Below, piece after piece: positions 36,445 through 46,332 of a DNA stretch of 64,000 nucleotides. The notes under the pieces are model-generated. The model did not search any database. It saw only the letters and a list, made by a program, of their open reading frames with translations, and had not been told where the DNA came from. A program made the position numbers and the translations under genes. This DNA is from Vicinamibacterales bacterium (GTDB taxonomy: Bacteria; Acidobacteriota; Vicinamibacteria; Vicinamibacterales; 2-12-FULL-66-21). The stretch spans positions 11,268 through 75,267 of the forward strand of contig DATAEE010000314.1 of assembly GCA_036258175.1 (NCBI GenBank), in the 5' to 3' direction. The stretch's first letter is position 1. Every line of letters starts with the position of its first letter.

Positions 36445-37611
36445 TTAGCCCAGTATCTGCTTCGCGATTGTCTGCAGCTGCAGGTTCGACGTGCCTTCGT
36501 AGATCTGACCGATCTTCTGGTCGCGGTAAAGCTTTTCGACCGGGTACTCCTTCACGAACCCGTTACCGCCGAAGAGGTTCACGGCCAGCGACGTAATCCT
36601 TTCCGCGACCTCCGACGAGTGGATCTTGCAAATCGCCGCCTCGGTCAGAAACGGCCTCCCGGCGTCGCGGAGGCGTGCCGCGTTATAGACCGTCAGCTTC
36701 GCGGTCTCCAGCTCGACGGCCGCCCGGGCGAGCTGGAACTGGACGCCCTGGAATTCAGCGATCGGCTTGCCGAACTGCTTCCGTTCTTTCGTATAGCGGA
36801 TCGTGTGCTCGAGCGCCCCTTTTGCGAGGCCGATCATTTGCGCGCCGATGCCGATGCGGCCCTCGTTGAGCGTCTCGATCGCCACCTTGTAACCCTTGCC
36901 CGGCTCGCCGAGTACGTTGGCGGCGGGCACCTTGCACTCCTCGAGGATGAGCTCGCACGTGCTGCTCGCGCGGATGCCGAGCTTGTCTTCCTTTTTTCCG
37001 ACCGTGAATCCCGCGTAGCCCCGCTCGACCAGGAACGCTGAAATGCCCCGGTAGCCCGCTTCGGGATTGATGTTGGCGAAGACGATGAAGAGATCGGCCT
37101 CGTTGCCGTTGGTGATCCAGAGCTTGCGGCCCGTGAGGGTATATCCGTCAGGTGTCGCGACGGCACGGGTCGTGAGCGCAAAGGCGTCGCTCCCCGATCC
37201 CGCTTCCGAGAGGGCGTAAGCCCCAACCATTTTCGTCGCCAGTTTTGGCAGATACCGCCGCTTGACCTCCTCGCTGCCCCAGCGCAGCAGCGCGTTGATG
37301 ACTAGTGTGTTCTGCACGTCGACGAGCACACCGATGGAGGGATCGACGCGCGACAGCTCCTCGACCGCTATGACGGCGTGGAAGAAACGTCCGCCGGCGC
37401 CGCCGTATGACTCGGGCACTTCGATCCCCATGACGCCGAGGTCGAAAAGGGCATCGACGAGCGTTCGCGGGATCTTCGCGTGCTCGTCCATTTCACGGAC
37501 CAGGGGGCGGATTTGCGCGTCGGCGAACTCGCGAACGCTATCCTGCAGGATGGCCTCATCCTCGGTGAGCTGAGTTAGCGGTGGAACGGTTTCTGCTTGC
37601 TGCTGAGTCAC
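36445..37611 (-). CDS. Acyl-CoA dehydrogenase (short/branched-chain type)
   Basis: 388 aa with a GTG start. ACAD patterns are present (GAYALSEAGSGSDA, IYEGTSNLQ). Confidence 0.9.
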   Translation of the reverse strand: MTQQQAETVPPLTQLTEDEAILQDSVREFADAQIRPLVREMDEHAKIPRTLVDALFDLGVMGIEVPESYGGAGGRFFHAVIAVEELSRVDPSIGVLVDVQNTLVINALLRWGSEEVKRRYLPKLATKMVGAYALSEAGSGSDAFALTTRAVATPDGYTLTGRKLWITNGNEADLFIVFANINPEAGYRGISAFLVERGYAGFTVGKKEDKLGIRASSTCELILEECKVPAANVLGEPGKGYKVAIETLNEGRIGIGAQMIGLAKGALEHTIRYTKERKQFGKPIAEFQGVQFQLARAAVELETAKLTVYNAARLRDAGRPFLTEAAICKIHSSEVAERITSLAVNLFGGNGFVKEYPVEKLYRDQKIGQIYEGTSNLQLQTIAKQILG

Positions 37612-37619
37612 GGACTGAA

Positions 37620-37636
37620 TGTTATCATCGAGCGTC
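37620..37636 (+). promoter_or_regulatory. Conserved 17-mer TGTTATCATCGAGCGTC (extended -10-like TGnTATCAT) 2 nt upstream of the ATG
   Basis: 16 of 17 positions are identical to 60721-60737, with the same 2-nt spacing to the start codon. It lies in a 27-bp divergent intergenic region. Confidence 0.4.
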
Positions 37637-37638
37637 TA

Positions 37639-39726
37639 ATGCGGTATATGCGCAGAGGGGTTCGACTTCCGGCGTTGGCGGCGGTTTTCGCCGCCGCCGT
37701 CGTCGTGTCGGCTCAGGCGCCGCCTCCTTCGCCACCGCCAGGCCAGCCGCCGGCGCAGCAACCGCCTGCGCAGCAGCCTCCAGCGCAGCAACCTCCCGCG
37801 CCGCAACCCGATCCCAACCAGCCGCGACCGCCTGTCATCCGCCGCGGCGTCAACTTCGTCAGCGTCGACGTCATCGTCACTGACAACAAGGGGAACCCGG
37901 TTGAAGACCTGAAACAGGAAGACTTCGAGGTTTTCGAGGATAACCAGCGGCAGGACGTCGAGACGTTCCAGATCATCAAGATCGATCAGTCGACGGCAGC
38001 GCTGAGCTCGCCGCTCGGCGAGATCCGGAGCACGGCGGACGAGGAGCGGGAAGCGGCCCGGCCCGACGTGCGGATATTCGCGATCTTCCTGGACGACTAT
38101 CACGTGCGACTGGGGACGAGCATGGGGGTCCGCAGCCCGCTCATGCGGTTCATCGAGCAGCAGATCGCGCCTGGTGATCTCGTCGGCATCATGTACCCGC
38201 TCCTGCCGGTCGCCGATTTTTCGCTGACCCGCAATCACGCTGCGATCATCCAAGCGATTCAGAACTTCCAGGGACGAAAGTTCAATTACGAACCGCGAAA
38301 CCAGTTCGAGGAGCAGTACGCCTATTACCCGGCCGCAACGGTCGAGAAGGTCCGCAACCAGGTGAGCATGTCCGCCCTGCGCGGGCTCGCGATCAAGCTC
38401 GGGGGCTACCGGGAGGGCAGAAAGTCCATCATCTATGTAAGCGAGGGCTTCACCGCGCAGCTCCCTGCACAGCTGAACGACCCCGTTGCGGCGATGCCCG
38501 GTATGGGCAATCCCGCGCGGCGGATGCCCGGGGTCGAACCCACGAACCCACGCGCCGAGTCGATCGAGTTCTTCAACCAGGCCGAGCTGCTGGGAGACAT
38601 GCGCGAGGTGTACGACGCGGCGAACCGCTCCAACACAGCGATCTACGCGCTCGACCCCCGCGGGCTGGCCGCGTTCGAGTACGACATCAACGAAGGCGCC
38701 GGAATGCAGACCGATCGGAAGGCGCTTCAGAGTTCGCAGGACACGCTGCGCGTTCTGGCCGGCGAAACCGACGGCCGCGCCATCGTCAATCGCAACGACC
38801 TCGACGCCGGTCTCCGTCAGATCGTGCGCGACTCGAGCGCCTATTACCTGCTCGGCTACAACTCGACCCAGGCGCCAACCGACGGTAAGTTTCACGCGAT
38901 CAAGGTGCGCGTGAAGCGCCCCGGCGCGCAGGTGCGTGCGCGCAAGGGCTATTGGGCGCTGACGTCCGAGGAAACGGCGCGCGTGAACAACCCGAAGCCG
39001 GAAGCGCCGGCGGCGGTGACGGCTGCGCTCTCGACGCTCGCATCGGCATCGCGCCGCGACATCGTGAGAACGTGGATTGGCACGTCCCGCGGCGAAAACG
39101 GCAAGACGCGCGTGACGCTGGCGTGGGAGCCCGTGACGCAGGCGGCGGGATCAGCGGCCGCGCGGGAAGATCCGCCCTCGCGGCTCGCGGTCACCGCCAT
39201 AGCGCAAACCGGTGAGCCCTATTTCCGAGGACGCGTCGCCGAGCCGCGCGTGGTGACCTTCGACGCGGATCCTGGCCCGATGCAGGTGCGTTTCAACATC
39301 GAGAACGAGCGCGGCCAGGTGATGGACGCGGCGCAGCGCGAGATGACCGTGCCCGACTTCCGGAAGACCGAAGTGTCGCTCTCGACGCCGCAGTTCCTCC
39401 GGGCGCGCACGGCGAAGGAGATCGCCGCGCTCAAGGCGGATCCGGCGGCCGTGCCGACGCCCGATCGCGAGTTCCGCCGGACCGAACGACTCGCGGTTCG
39501 CGTCGAAGCCTACGCCGCGACCGGCGACGCTCCCGCCGTCACGGCCAAGCTGCTCAATCGCACTGGTAACCCGATGTCGACACTGCCGGTCGAATCGGCC
39601 GGCGCCGCGCATCTCGTCGACCTGCCGCTCGCGAGCCTCGCGCCGGGCGAGTATCTGATCGAGATCACCGCCACGTCCGGCAAGGGCTCGTCGCAGGACG
39701 TCCTCGCCATTCGAGTGATTTCGTAG
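37639..39726 (+). CDS. VWFA-related Acidobacterial-domain protein (secreted)
   Basis: The signal peptide is MRYMRRGVRLPALAAVFAAAVVVSAQA. The family N-terminal pattern is VNFVSVDVIVTDNKGNPVEDLKQEDFEVFEDNQRQ. Confidence 0.7.
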   Translation: MRYMRRGVRLPALAAVFAAAVVVSAQAPPPSPPPGQPPAQQPPAQQPPAQQPPAPQPDPNQPRPPVIRRGVNFVSVDVIVTDNKGNPVEDLKQEDFEVFEDNQRQDVETFQIIKIDQSTAALSSPLGEIRSTADEEREAARPDVRIFAIFLDDYHVRLGTSMGVRSPLMRFIEQQIAPGDLVGIMYPLLPVADFSLTRNHAAIIQAIQNFQGRKFNYEPRNQFEEQYAYYPAATVEKVRNQVSMSALRGLAIKLGGYREGRKSIIYVSEGFTAQLPAQLNDPVAAMPGMGNPARRMPGVEPTNPRAESIEFFNQAELLGDMREVYDAANRSNTAIYALDPRGLAAFEYDINEGAGMQTDRKALQSSQDTLRVLAGETDGRAIVNRNDLDAGLRQIVRDSSAYYLLGYNSTQAPTDGKFHAIKVRVKRPGAQVRARKGYWALTSEETARVNNPKPEAPAAVTAALSTLASASRRDIVRTWIGTSRGENGKTRVTLAWEPVTQAAGSAAAREDPPSRLAVTAIAQTGEPYFRGRVAEPRVVTFDADPGPMQVRFNIENERGQVMDAAQREMTVPDFRKTEVSLSTPQFLRARTAKEIAALKADPAAVPTPDREFRRTERLAVRVEAYAATGDAPAVTAKLLNRTGNPMSTLPVESAGAAHLVDLPLASLAPGEYLIEITATSGKGSSQDVLAIRVIS

Positions 39727-39727
39727 G

Positions 39728-40996
39728 TTAGGCCCAACCCCTCGCTCGAACCGCCTCGGCGACCCGCTTGACCGCTACGCAGTACGCGCCCATGCGCACG
39801 TCCACGTTGTGGCGCCGCGACTCGACGAGCGATTCCTCGAAGGCGCGGGTCATCTTGCGATCCAGCCGGCGGTGGACGTCCTCGAGCTCCCACGGCATGC
39901 CGCGCAGGTTCTGCACCCATTCGAAGTACGACACGGTCACGCCACCGGCGTTGCACAGGAAGTCCGGGATGACGAAGACATTCCGTTTGTAAAGAACTGC
40001 GTCCGCCTCCGGCGTCGTGGGGCCGTTTGCCGCTTCGGCGACGATCCGGGCTTTGATGCGCGCGGCGTTCTGGCCCGTGATCTGATTCTCGAGCGCCGCG
40101 GGAATCAGCACGTCGGCGTCCACCTCGAGCAGATCGCTGTTGCTGATCGCCTGGCCCTTCGGATAGCCAACGACTGAGCCGGTGCGTTCCTTGTACTCGT
40201 GCAGCTCCGCGTACGCGATGCCGTTCGGGTCGAAAATGCCACCGCGGGAGTCGCTGATGGCGACGATCTTCATGCCGAATATTTCCGACGCGAGTGACGC
40301 GGCGAACGAGCCCGCGTTGCCGTAACCTTGAATCGCCACGCGTGCCTTCGAGAGATCGAGACCGAGCTCGCGCGCGGCTTCTCGAATCGCATACATGGAT
40401 CCGCGCGCCGTCGCGTCATCCCGCCCGAGCGATCCCCAGAGTGTCATCGGCTTGCCAGTGATCACGCCGGGCGTCGTGTAGCCTCGGTGCTTGCTGAACT
40501 CGTCCATCATCCAGCCCATGATCTGCGGGGTCGTGTAGACGTCCGGCGCCGGAATGTCCCGCTCGGGGCCGATGATCCAGGCGATCGCATTGATGTACGC
40601 GCGCGACAGCCGCTCGAGCTCGCGCTCGGACAACTCCTTAGGGTTGCAGATGATTCCGCCCTTACCGCCGCCGAGCGGCAGATCCATGACGGCCGTCTTC
40701 CACGTCATCCAGGCGGCCAGCGCGCGGACTGTGCTGATGGTCTCGTCCTGATGGAACCGGATTCCGCCCTTCGCAGGTCCCCGGGCATCGTTGTACTGGA
40801 CGCGAAAGCCCTTGAACGCGCGGATGTTGTCGTCATCCATGCGAACGGGCAGCGTGACGTGGAGCTCCCGGACCGGCTCGCGCAGCACGGCGCGCAGGCC
40901 GCGGTCGAGATTCAAAAGATCGGCGCACCGATCGAATTGCTGCTGAGCGATGGCAAAGGAGTCGAGAGCCTGAGGTGGGTCGATCGCAGACGGCAT
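39728..40996 (-). CDS. Glu/Leu/Phe/Val dehydrogenase family (glutamate dehydrogenase-like), copy 1
   Basis: 422 aa with [10 protein letters not shown], the catalytic-Lys loop PLGGGKGG and the Rossmann motif QGYGNAG. Confidence 0.9.
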   Translation of the reverse strand: MPSAIDPPQALDSFAIAQQQFDRCADLLNLDRGLRAVLREPVRELHVTLPVRMDDDNIRAFKGFRVQYNDARGPAKGGIRFHQDETISTVRALAAWMTWKTAVMDLPLGGGKGGIICNPKELSERELERLSRAYINAIAWIIGPERDIPAPDVYTTPQIMGWMMDEFSKHRGYTTPGVITGKPMTLWGSLGRDDATARGSMYAIREAARELGLDLSKARVAIQGYGNAGSFAASLASEIFGMKIVAISDSRGGIFDPNGIAYAELHEYKERTGSVVGYPKGQAISNSDLLEVDADVLIPAALENQITGQNAARIKARIVAEAANGPTTPEADAVLYKRNVFVIPDFLCNAGGVTVSYFEWVQNLRGMPWELEDVHRRLDRKMTRAFEESLVESRRHNVDVRMGAYCVAVKRVAEAVRARGWA

Positions 40997-41036
40997 TCGG
41001 TCCCTCCGCCTTGTAATTCTCGGTTTCTACAGGTCC

Positions 41037-41064
41037 AGTCCCTAGTCCCTAGTCCCTAGTCCCT
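41037..41064. repeat. Tandem heptamer (AGTCCCT)x4 between the two gdh paralogues
   Basis: Four perfect copies at 41037-41064, 6 nt from the upstream gdh stop. Confidence 0.9.
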
Positions 41065-41069
41065 GAAGA

Positions 41070-42317
41070 TCACGCGTACATCCCACGCATCCTCGTCACC
41101 GTCGCGACTCGATTGATCGCGACGATATAGGCGGCCGTGCGCATGTCGGTCTTGTACTTGAGCGACATCTTCAGCACGTCCTCGAACGCCTCGACCATCT
41201 TCGCCTCGAGACGTTCGTTCACCTCGCGCTCGGACCAGAAGTAGCCGTACCGGTCCTGGACCCATTCGAAGTACGACGTGGTGACGCCCCCCGAGTTGGC
41301 CAGGATGTCGGGGACGACAAAGATGCCGCGGCTGTGCAGGTGCGCGTGCGCCTCCGGCGTCGTCGGTCCATTCGCGCCCTCGATGATGATCTTCGCCTGG
41401 ATGTCTGGAGCGTTCTCCATGGTGATCTGGTTCTCGAGCGCAGCGGGGATGAGGACGTCTACCGGCAGCTTGAACATCGACTCGTTGTCGATAGGCTCGG
41501 CGCCCGGGTAGTCGTCCACCGTACGATGCTGCGAGACGTAGTCGACGAGCTTCGGCACGTCGAGCCCGGCAGGGTTGTAGACGCCCCCTTTCCAGTCGGT
41601 AACCGCGACGATCTTTGCGCCGATTTGCGAGAGCAGCAGCGCCGAGATCGAGCCCACGTTGCCGAAGCCCTGCACCGCGACGGAGGCCCCGTTGATGTCG
41701 AGGCCGAGGTGCTTCGCTGCATCGCGCGTGCAGATCATGACGCCGCGGCCGGTCGCCTCGCGGCGACCCAGCGATCCGCCCATCTCGATCGGTTTCCCCG
41801 TCACCACCGCGGTCGTCGTCTGGCCGACGTGCATCGAGTAGGTGTCCATCACCCACGCCATAATCTGGTCGTTCGTGTTCACGTCGGGCGCCGGGATGTC
41901 TTTCTCGGGGCCGATCGCATCGATGATCTCGGCGACGTACCGGCGGGTGAGCGCTTCGAGCTCGCGCCGTGACATGCGCGTCGGGTCGCAGACGACGCCT
42001 CCCTTGCCGCCGCCAAACGGGATGTGCGCCACGGCGCACTTCCAGGTCATCCAGGCAGCCAGCGCGGTGACCTCATCGAGCGTGACGTTCGGGTGATACC
42101 GGATACCGCCCTTCGCCGGGCCGAGCGTGATGTTGTATTGGACCCGGTAGCCGGTGAACACCTCGATCTCGCCGTTATCCATCTGGATGGGACAGGACAC
42201 GATGATTTGGCGTTTCGGGTGGGTGAGGATTTTCCAGATGCCGGGGTCGAGTCCGAGAATTCTCGCCGCTCCATCGAATTCCTGGAGCATGGCGTTGAAG
42301 ATGCTGCCGCCCTCCAT
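41070..42317 (-). CDS. Glu/Leu/Phe/Val dehydrogenase family (glutamate dehydrogenase-like), copy 2
   Basis: 415 aa with [18 protein letters not shown] and QGFGNVG. It is clearly a paralogue of copy 1 (roughly half the residues are identical by eye). Confidence 0.9.
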   Translation of the reverse strand: MEGGSIFNAMLQEFDGAARILGLDPGIWKILTHPKRQIIVSCPIQMDNGEIEVFTGYRVQYNITLGPAKGGIRYHPNVTLDEVTALAAWMTWKCAVAHIPFGGGKGGVVCDPTRMSRRELEALTRRYVAEIIDAIGPEKDIPAPDVNTNDQIMAWVMDTYSMHVGQTTTAVVTGKPIEMGGSLGRREATGRGVMICTRDAAKHLGLDINGASVAVQGFGNVGSISALLLSQIGAKIVAVTDWKGGVYNPAGLDVPKLVDYVSQHRTVDDYPGAEPIDNESMFKLPVDVLIPAALENQITMENAPDIQAKIIIEGANGPTTPEAHAHLHSRGIFVVPDILANSGGVTTSYFEWVQDRYGYFWSEREVNERLEAKMVEAFEDVLKMSLKYKTDMRTAAYIVAINRVATVTRMRGMYA

Positions 42318-42408
42318 GACGCTCCTATAAGGTCACGCGAATCCGTCGTTCGAAAGCGGGACAGCGTACTTGCCGCGTACGAGCCAAGTCAAGGTATCCT
42401 GCCCGATT

Positions 42409-44268
42409 ATGAAGCGCTTCCTGACCGTTCTTGCTTTGACGATGGCGCCCGTGATTCTGGCTGGCGCCGCGGCCGCTGACCTGATTCTCATCAACGGACG
42501 GGTCTACACCCTCGATCCGGCGAAGCCCTGGGCCGAGGCCGTCGCCGTCGCGGGCGATCGCATCGTGGCGGTCGGTACCGTGGCCGAGATTCGCGCGCTG
42601 GCGGGGCCCGACACACGAACGGTGGACCTCGCCGGCGGCTTCGCGCTTCCAGGATTCAACGATGCGCACGTCCACACGGAGGCCACGGGCCAACTGCTCG
42701 TCGGCGCCAACCTGCTGGACGTGCACGAGCCGAAAGCCTTTACCGATCGCCTGCGCGCCGCGGCCGCGCGGCTTCCAAAAGGCAGCTGGATCACGCGCGG
42801 CGATTGGGGAGCGTACGAGCAATGGAAGGCGGGGTCGACAGGTGCTCAAGGTGCTCAAGGCGCTCAAGGTGCCCAGGGTGCTCAAGGTGCCCAGGGTGCT
42901 CGAGGTGCTGGCCCCTTCACGCCGCATCGCGATCAGGTTGATCCGGTCACTCCCGACCATCCGGTGTTCGTGAATCGCTTCGACCGGAGCATGTACCTTG
43001 CGAACAGCCTCGCGCTGAGGCTGGCGGGGATCACCGAGTCGACGCGCGCGCCCGAGGGCGGAGAGATCGTCAAGGATGCGCAAGGGCGGCTGACCGGCAT
43101 CCTGAAGGGATCGGCGGCGGATCAGGTGCGCAAGGCGATACCGGCCACGCCGTTCGAGCAGCGGCTCGTCCAGGTCCGTGCGGTCATGCAGGAGGCGCGC
43201 GAGGGAGGCGTCACGACGATTCAGGATCTGACGTCTGCAGAGCAGCTGCAGGCATACCAGACGCTCAAGCGCCGCGGCGAGCTGACGCTCCGGATCAACA
43301 TTCGTCCGACGCTCTACGAGGTGGAGCACGTCGCCGCGCTCGGGATGTCGCGCGGGTTCGGCGATGAATGGTTGAAGCTGGTCGGCTTCAAGGCCTGGGT
43401 GGATGGCATCATGGGCAGCAGCGCCGCGCTGTTCTTCGAGCCCTTCAACCACGATCCGCGCAACCGCGGCATCCTTCGCCACGTGATGTTCCCGGAAGGA
43501 CGCGAAGGGGCCGCGATGTCGATGAAGGCGGGCGACCACTACACCGCGTTTCCGCCCGGAAACCTGGAGCGCCTGGTCAAAGCGGCGGCGAAGCTCGGCG
43601 TTCCCCCTCACGTTCACGCGATCGGCGATCTGGGCAACCGGATTCTTCTCGATGTCTACGAGCGCGTGCTAACGGAAGAGAACCTGCTCGACACCGATCA
43701 TCGGTGGCGAGTCATTCACGCGCAGACCATCCACCCGGATGATTACCCGCGATTCGGGAAGCTGAAGCTCGTCGCGGAGGTCAACCCGTACCACATCTCG
43801 GACGACATGCGGTGGATGGAGGAGCGGATCGGGAAAGAGCGATCGAAGGGCGCCTATCCATTCAGGAAGCTCAAACAGGCCGGCGCCGTGCTCGTGTTCG
43901 GCAGCGACAGCCCGGGCACCAACGCGGCGCGGTACTATCTGAGCCCCGTGTATGGACTGTATGCCGCCGTCACGCGTCAGACCCTGACGGGCGAGCCGAA
44001 GGAAGGCTGGTTCCCCGACCAGCGTCTCACGATCGAAGAAGCCATCGAGGCGTACACAAAAGGACCGGCGTGGGCGTCGTTCGAAGAGGAGATCAAAGGT
44101 ACGCTCGCGCCCGGTAAGCTCGCCGACATTGCGGTCTTCGATCGCAATCTCGTGGAGGTTGGTAAGACACAGCCCGCGGAACTGCTCAAGGCAAAGGTGC
44201 GCTACACGATCGTCGGTGGCAAAATCGTGCACGACGCCACCCGGTCGACCCGCATGAACGGGTTATAA
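42409..44268 (+). CDS. Amidohydrolase family (YtcJ-like metal-dependent hydrolase), secreted
   Basis: The signal peptide is [23 protein letters not shown]. It carries [10 protein letters not shown], the metal-binding motif FNDAHVH and a C-terminal GSD...... pattern. Confidence 0.8.
   Translation: MKRFLTVLALTMAPVILAGAAAADLILINGRVYTLDPAKPWAEAVAVAGDRIVAVGTVAEIRALAGPDTRTVDLAGGFALPGFNDAHVHTEATGQLLVGANLLDVHEPKAFTDRLRAAAARLPKGSWITRGDWGAYEQWKAGSTGAQGAQGAQGAQGAQGAQGARGAGPFTPHRDQVDPVTPDHPVFVNRFDRSMYLANSLALRLAGITESTRAPEGGEIVKDAQGRLTGILKGSAADQVRKAIPATPFEQRLVQVRAVMQEAREGGVTTIQDLTSAEQLQAYQTLKRRGELTLRINIRPTLYEVEHVAALGMSRGFGDEWLKLVGFKAWVDGIMGSSAALFFEPFNHDPRNRGILRHVMFPEGREGAAMSMKAGDHYTAFPPGNLERLVKAAAKLGVPPHVHAIGDLGNRILLDVYERVLTEENLLDTDHRWRVIHAQTIHPDDYPRFGKLKLVAEVNPYHISDDMRWMEERIGKERSKGAYPFRKLKQAGAVLVFGSDSPGTNAARYYLSPVYGLYAAVTRQTLTGEPKEGWFPDQRLTIEEAIEAYTKGPAWASFEEEIKGTLAPGKLADIAVFDRNLVEVGKTQPAELLKAKVRYTIVGGKIVHDATRSTRMNGL
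42841..42912 (+). repeat. In-frame 9-bp tandem repeat (GGTGCTCAA-like x8) encoding (GAQ)6-GAR-GAG inside the amidohydrolase
   Basis: Eight consecutive 9-nt units in frame with the ATG at 42409. Their codons (GGT GCT CAA) are AT-ending, unlike the flanking GC3-rich codons. Confidence 0.9.
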
Positions 44269-44279
44269 TCAAAGGACTT

Positions 44280-45908
44280 ATGAAAACCGCGGTCGAGCCG
44301 GTCCAGGCGAAGGGCCAGGAGAGGAGCGTCCCGTTCACGACGATCTCCGGCCGCCGGATAGAGCGGCTGTACACGCCCGAGGATCTCGCCAGTCTCGACT
44401 ACGCGCGCGACCTCGGACACCCGGGCGAGTTTCCGTACACGCGCGGCATCCATCCGACCGGCTACCGCGGCAAGCTCTGGACGATGCGGCAGTTCGCGGG
44501 GTTTGGAACGCCCGCGGAGACGAACGAGCGGTACAAGCAGCTGCTGAAGGCGGGCGGAACCGGCCTCAGCGTCGCGTTCGATCTCCCGACCCTGATGGGG
44601 CGGGACCCGGATCATCCGCTGTCGCTCGGCGAGGTCGGCAAGTGCGGCGTCAGCATCGTGTCGCTCGCCGACATGGAGCGGCTGTTCGACGGCATCTCGC
44701 TCGGCGACATCACGACGTCGATGACGATCAACTCACCGGCGCCGATGATCTTCGCGATGTACCTTGTGGTCGCGGAGAAGCACGGCGCGGATTGGAAGAA
44801 ACTCTCCGGGACGATCCAGAACGACATCCTCAAAGAGTTCATCGCGCAGAAGGAATACATTTATCCGCCTCGCCCGTCGATGCGGCTCATCACCGACGTG
44901 TTTGCGTTCTGCGCGAAGGAGGTCCCGCGCTGGAACACGATCTCGGTGAGCGGCTATCACATCCGCGAGGCCGGATCGACGGCGCTGCAGGAGCTCGCCT
45001 TCACGCTCCGTGACGGCATCGAGTACGTCCAATACGGAGTCGATGCCGGGCTCGACGTCGACGACTTCGTGCCGCGCATCTCGTTTTTCTTCAACGCGCA
45101 CAGCGACTTCTTCGAAGAGATCGCGAAGTACCGTGCCGCGCGGAAGCTCTGGGCCGAGGTGATGCGCGACCGGTTCGGCGCGAAGAGCGATCGATCCTGG
45201 AAGCTGCGCTTCCACACGCAGACCGCCGGTGTCTCGCTGACCGCGCAGCAGCCTTACAACAACGTCGTGCGGACCGCGCTGCAGGCACTCGGCGCGGTGC
45301 TCGGTGGCACGAATTCGCTACACACCAATTCGCTGGACGAGGCGCTCGCGCTTCCCACCGCCGAAGCGGCGACGCTGGCCCTCCGCACCCAGCAGATCAT
45401 TGCGCACGAAAGCGGCGTCGCCAACGTCGTCGATCCGCTGGGCGGCTCGTATTTCGTCGAGAAGCTGACGCTCGAGATGGAAGAGGGCGCGAAGCGCTAC
45501 TTCGACACGATCGACCGAATGGGTGGGATGGTCGCGGCGGTCGAGCAGGGATATCCGCAGAAGGAAATCGCCGAGGCCTCGTATCAGTTCCAGCAGGCGG
45601 TGGAGCGCCGCGAGAAGACCATCGTCGGCGTCAACGACTACGTGATGGAGGATGAGCCGCCGCTTCCTATCCTTTATATAGACGAGACCGCAGCCGAGAC
45701 GCAGTTGGCCGCTCTCGACCGCCTGCGCCAGACCCGCGACGCGGCCCGCCTCGCCAAGGCCCTCGACGCCCTGCGCGAGGCAGCCCGCGGAACCGATAAC
45801 ACGATGTATCCCTTGCTCGAGTGCGTCCGCGCCTATGCCACGGTCGGCGAGATGTGCGACGCACTCCGGGATGTGTGGGGGGAGTACGAGGAGGTCCCCT
45901 CAATTTAG
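44280..45908 (+). CDS. Methylmalonyl-CoA mutase family, large (substrate-binding) subunit
   Basis: [50 protein letters not shown] is diagnostic of acyl-CoA mutases. Confidence 0.9.
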   Translation: MKTAVEPVQAKGQERSVPFTTISGRRIERLYTPEDLASLDYARDLGHPGEFPYTRGIHPTGYRGKLWTMRQFAGFGTPAETNERYKQLLKAGGTGLSVAFDLPTLMGRDPDHPLSLGEVGKCGVSIVSLADMERLFDGISLGDITTSMTINSPAPMIFAMYLVVAEKHGADWKKLSGTIQNDILKEFIAQKEYIYPPRPSMRLITDVFAFCAKEVPRWNTISVSGYHIREAGSTALQELAFTLRDGIEYVQYGVDAGLDVDDFVPRISFFFNAHSDFFEEIAKYRAARKLWAEVMRDRFGAKSDRSWKLRFHTQTAGVSLTAQQPYNNVVRTALQALGAVLGGTNSLHTNSLDEALALPTAEAATLALRTQQIIAHESGVANVVDPLGGSYFVEKLTLEMEEGAKRYFDTIDRMGGMVAAVEQGYPQKEIAEASYQFQQAVERREKTIVGVNDYVMEDEPPLPILYIDETAAETQLAALDRLRQTRDAARLAKALDALREAARGTDNTMYPLLECVRAYATVGEMCDALRDVWGEYEEVPSI

Positions 45909-45921
45909 CCCCTGGCCCCGC

Positions 45922-46332
45922 ATGCCTAAGATCAGAGTCGTCATCGCCAAGCCCGGTCTGGACGGCCATGACCGTGGCGCCAAGGTCATCGCGCGCGCGC
46001 TCCGCGACGCCGGGATGGAGGTCATCTACACCGGCCTCCGACAGACGCCGGAGCAGATCGTAGCTGCAGCGCTTCAGGAAGATGCCGACGCGATCGGCCT
46101 CTCGATCCTGTCGGGCGCGCATATGCACATCTGCCCGCGCGTGATGGAGCTGCTCAAGGAGAAGGGGCTCACCGACGTCATCGTCGTCGTCGGCGGGATT
46201 ATCCCCGACGTGGACATTCCCAAGCTGCAGGCGTTGGGCATCAACGGGATTTTCCTGCCCGGGAGCCCGATGCAGGACATCATCACGTTCATCCAGTCCA
46301 ACGCTCGAGCGGCGGCGGATCAGCGGACATAA
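45922..46332 (+). CDS. Methylmalonyl-CoA mutase family, small B12-binding subunit
   Basis: DxHxxG motif in [29 protein letters not shown]. 136 aa from the ATG at 45922. Confidence 0.9.
   Translation: MPKIRVVIAKPGLDGHDRGAKVIARALRDAGMEVIYTGLRQTPEQIVAAALQEDADAIGLSILSGAHMHICPRVMELLKEKGLTDVIVVVGGIIPDVDIPKLQALGINGIFLPGSPMQDIITFIQSNARAAADQRT

Noticed and set aside
42841-42912. A separate collagen-like or bacterial collagen gene.
   Set aside because: The Gly-X-Y tract is only eight triplets. It is in frame within, and flanked on both sides by, amidohydrolase sequence.
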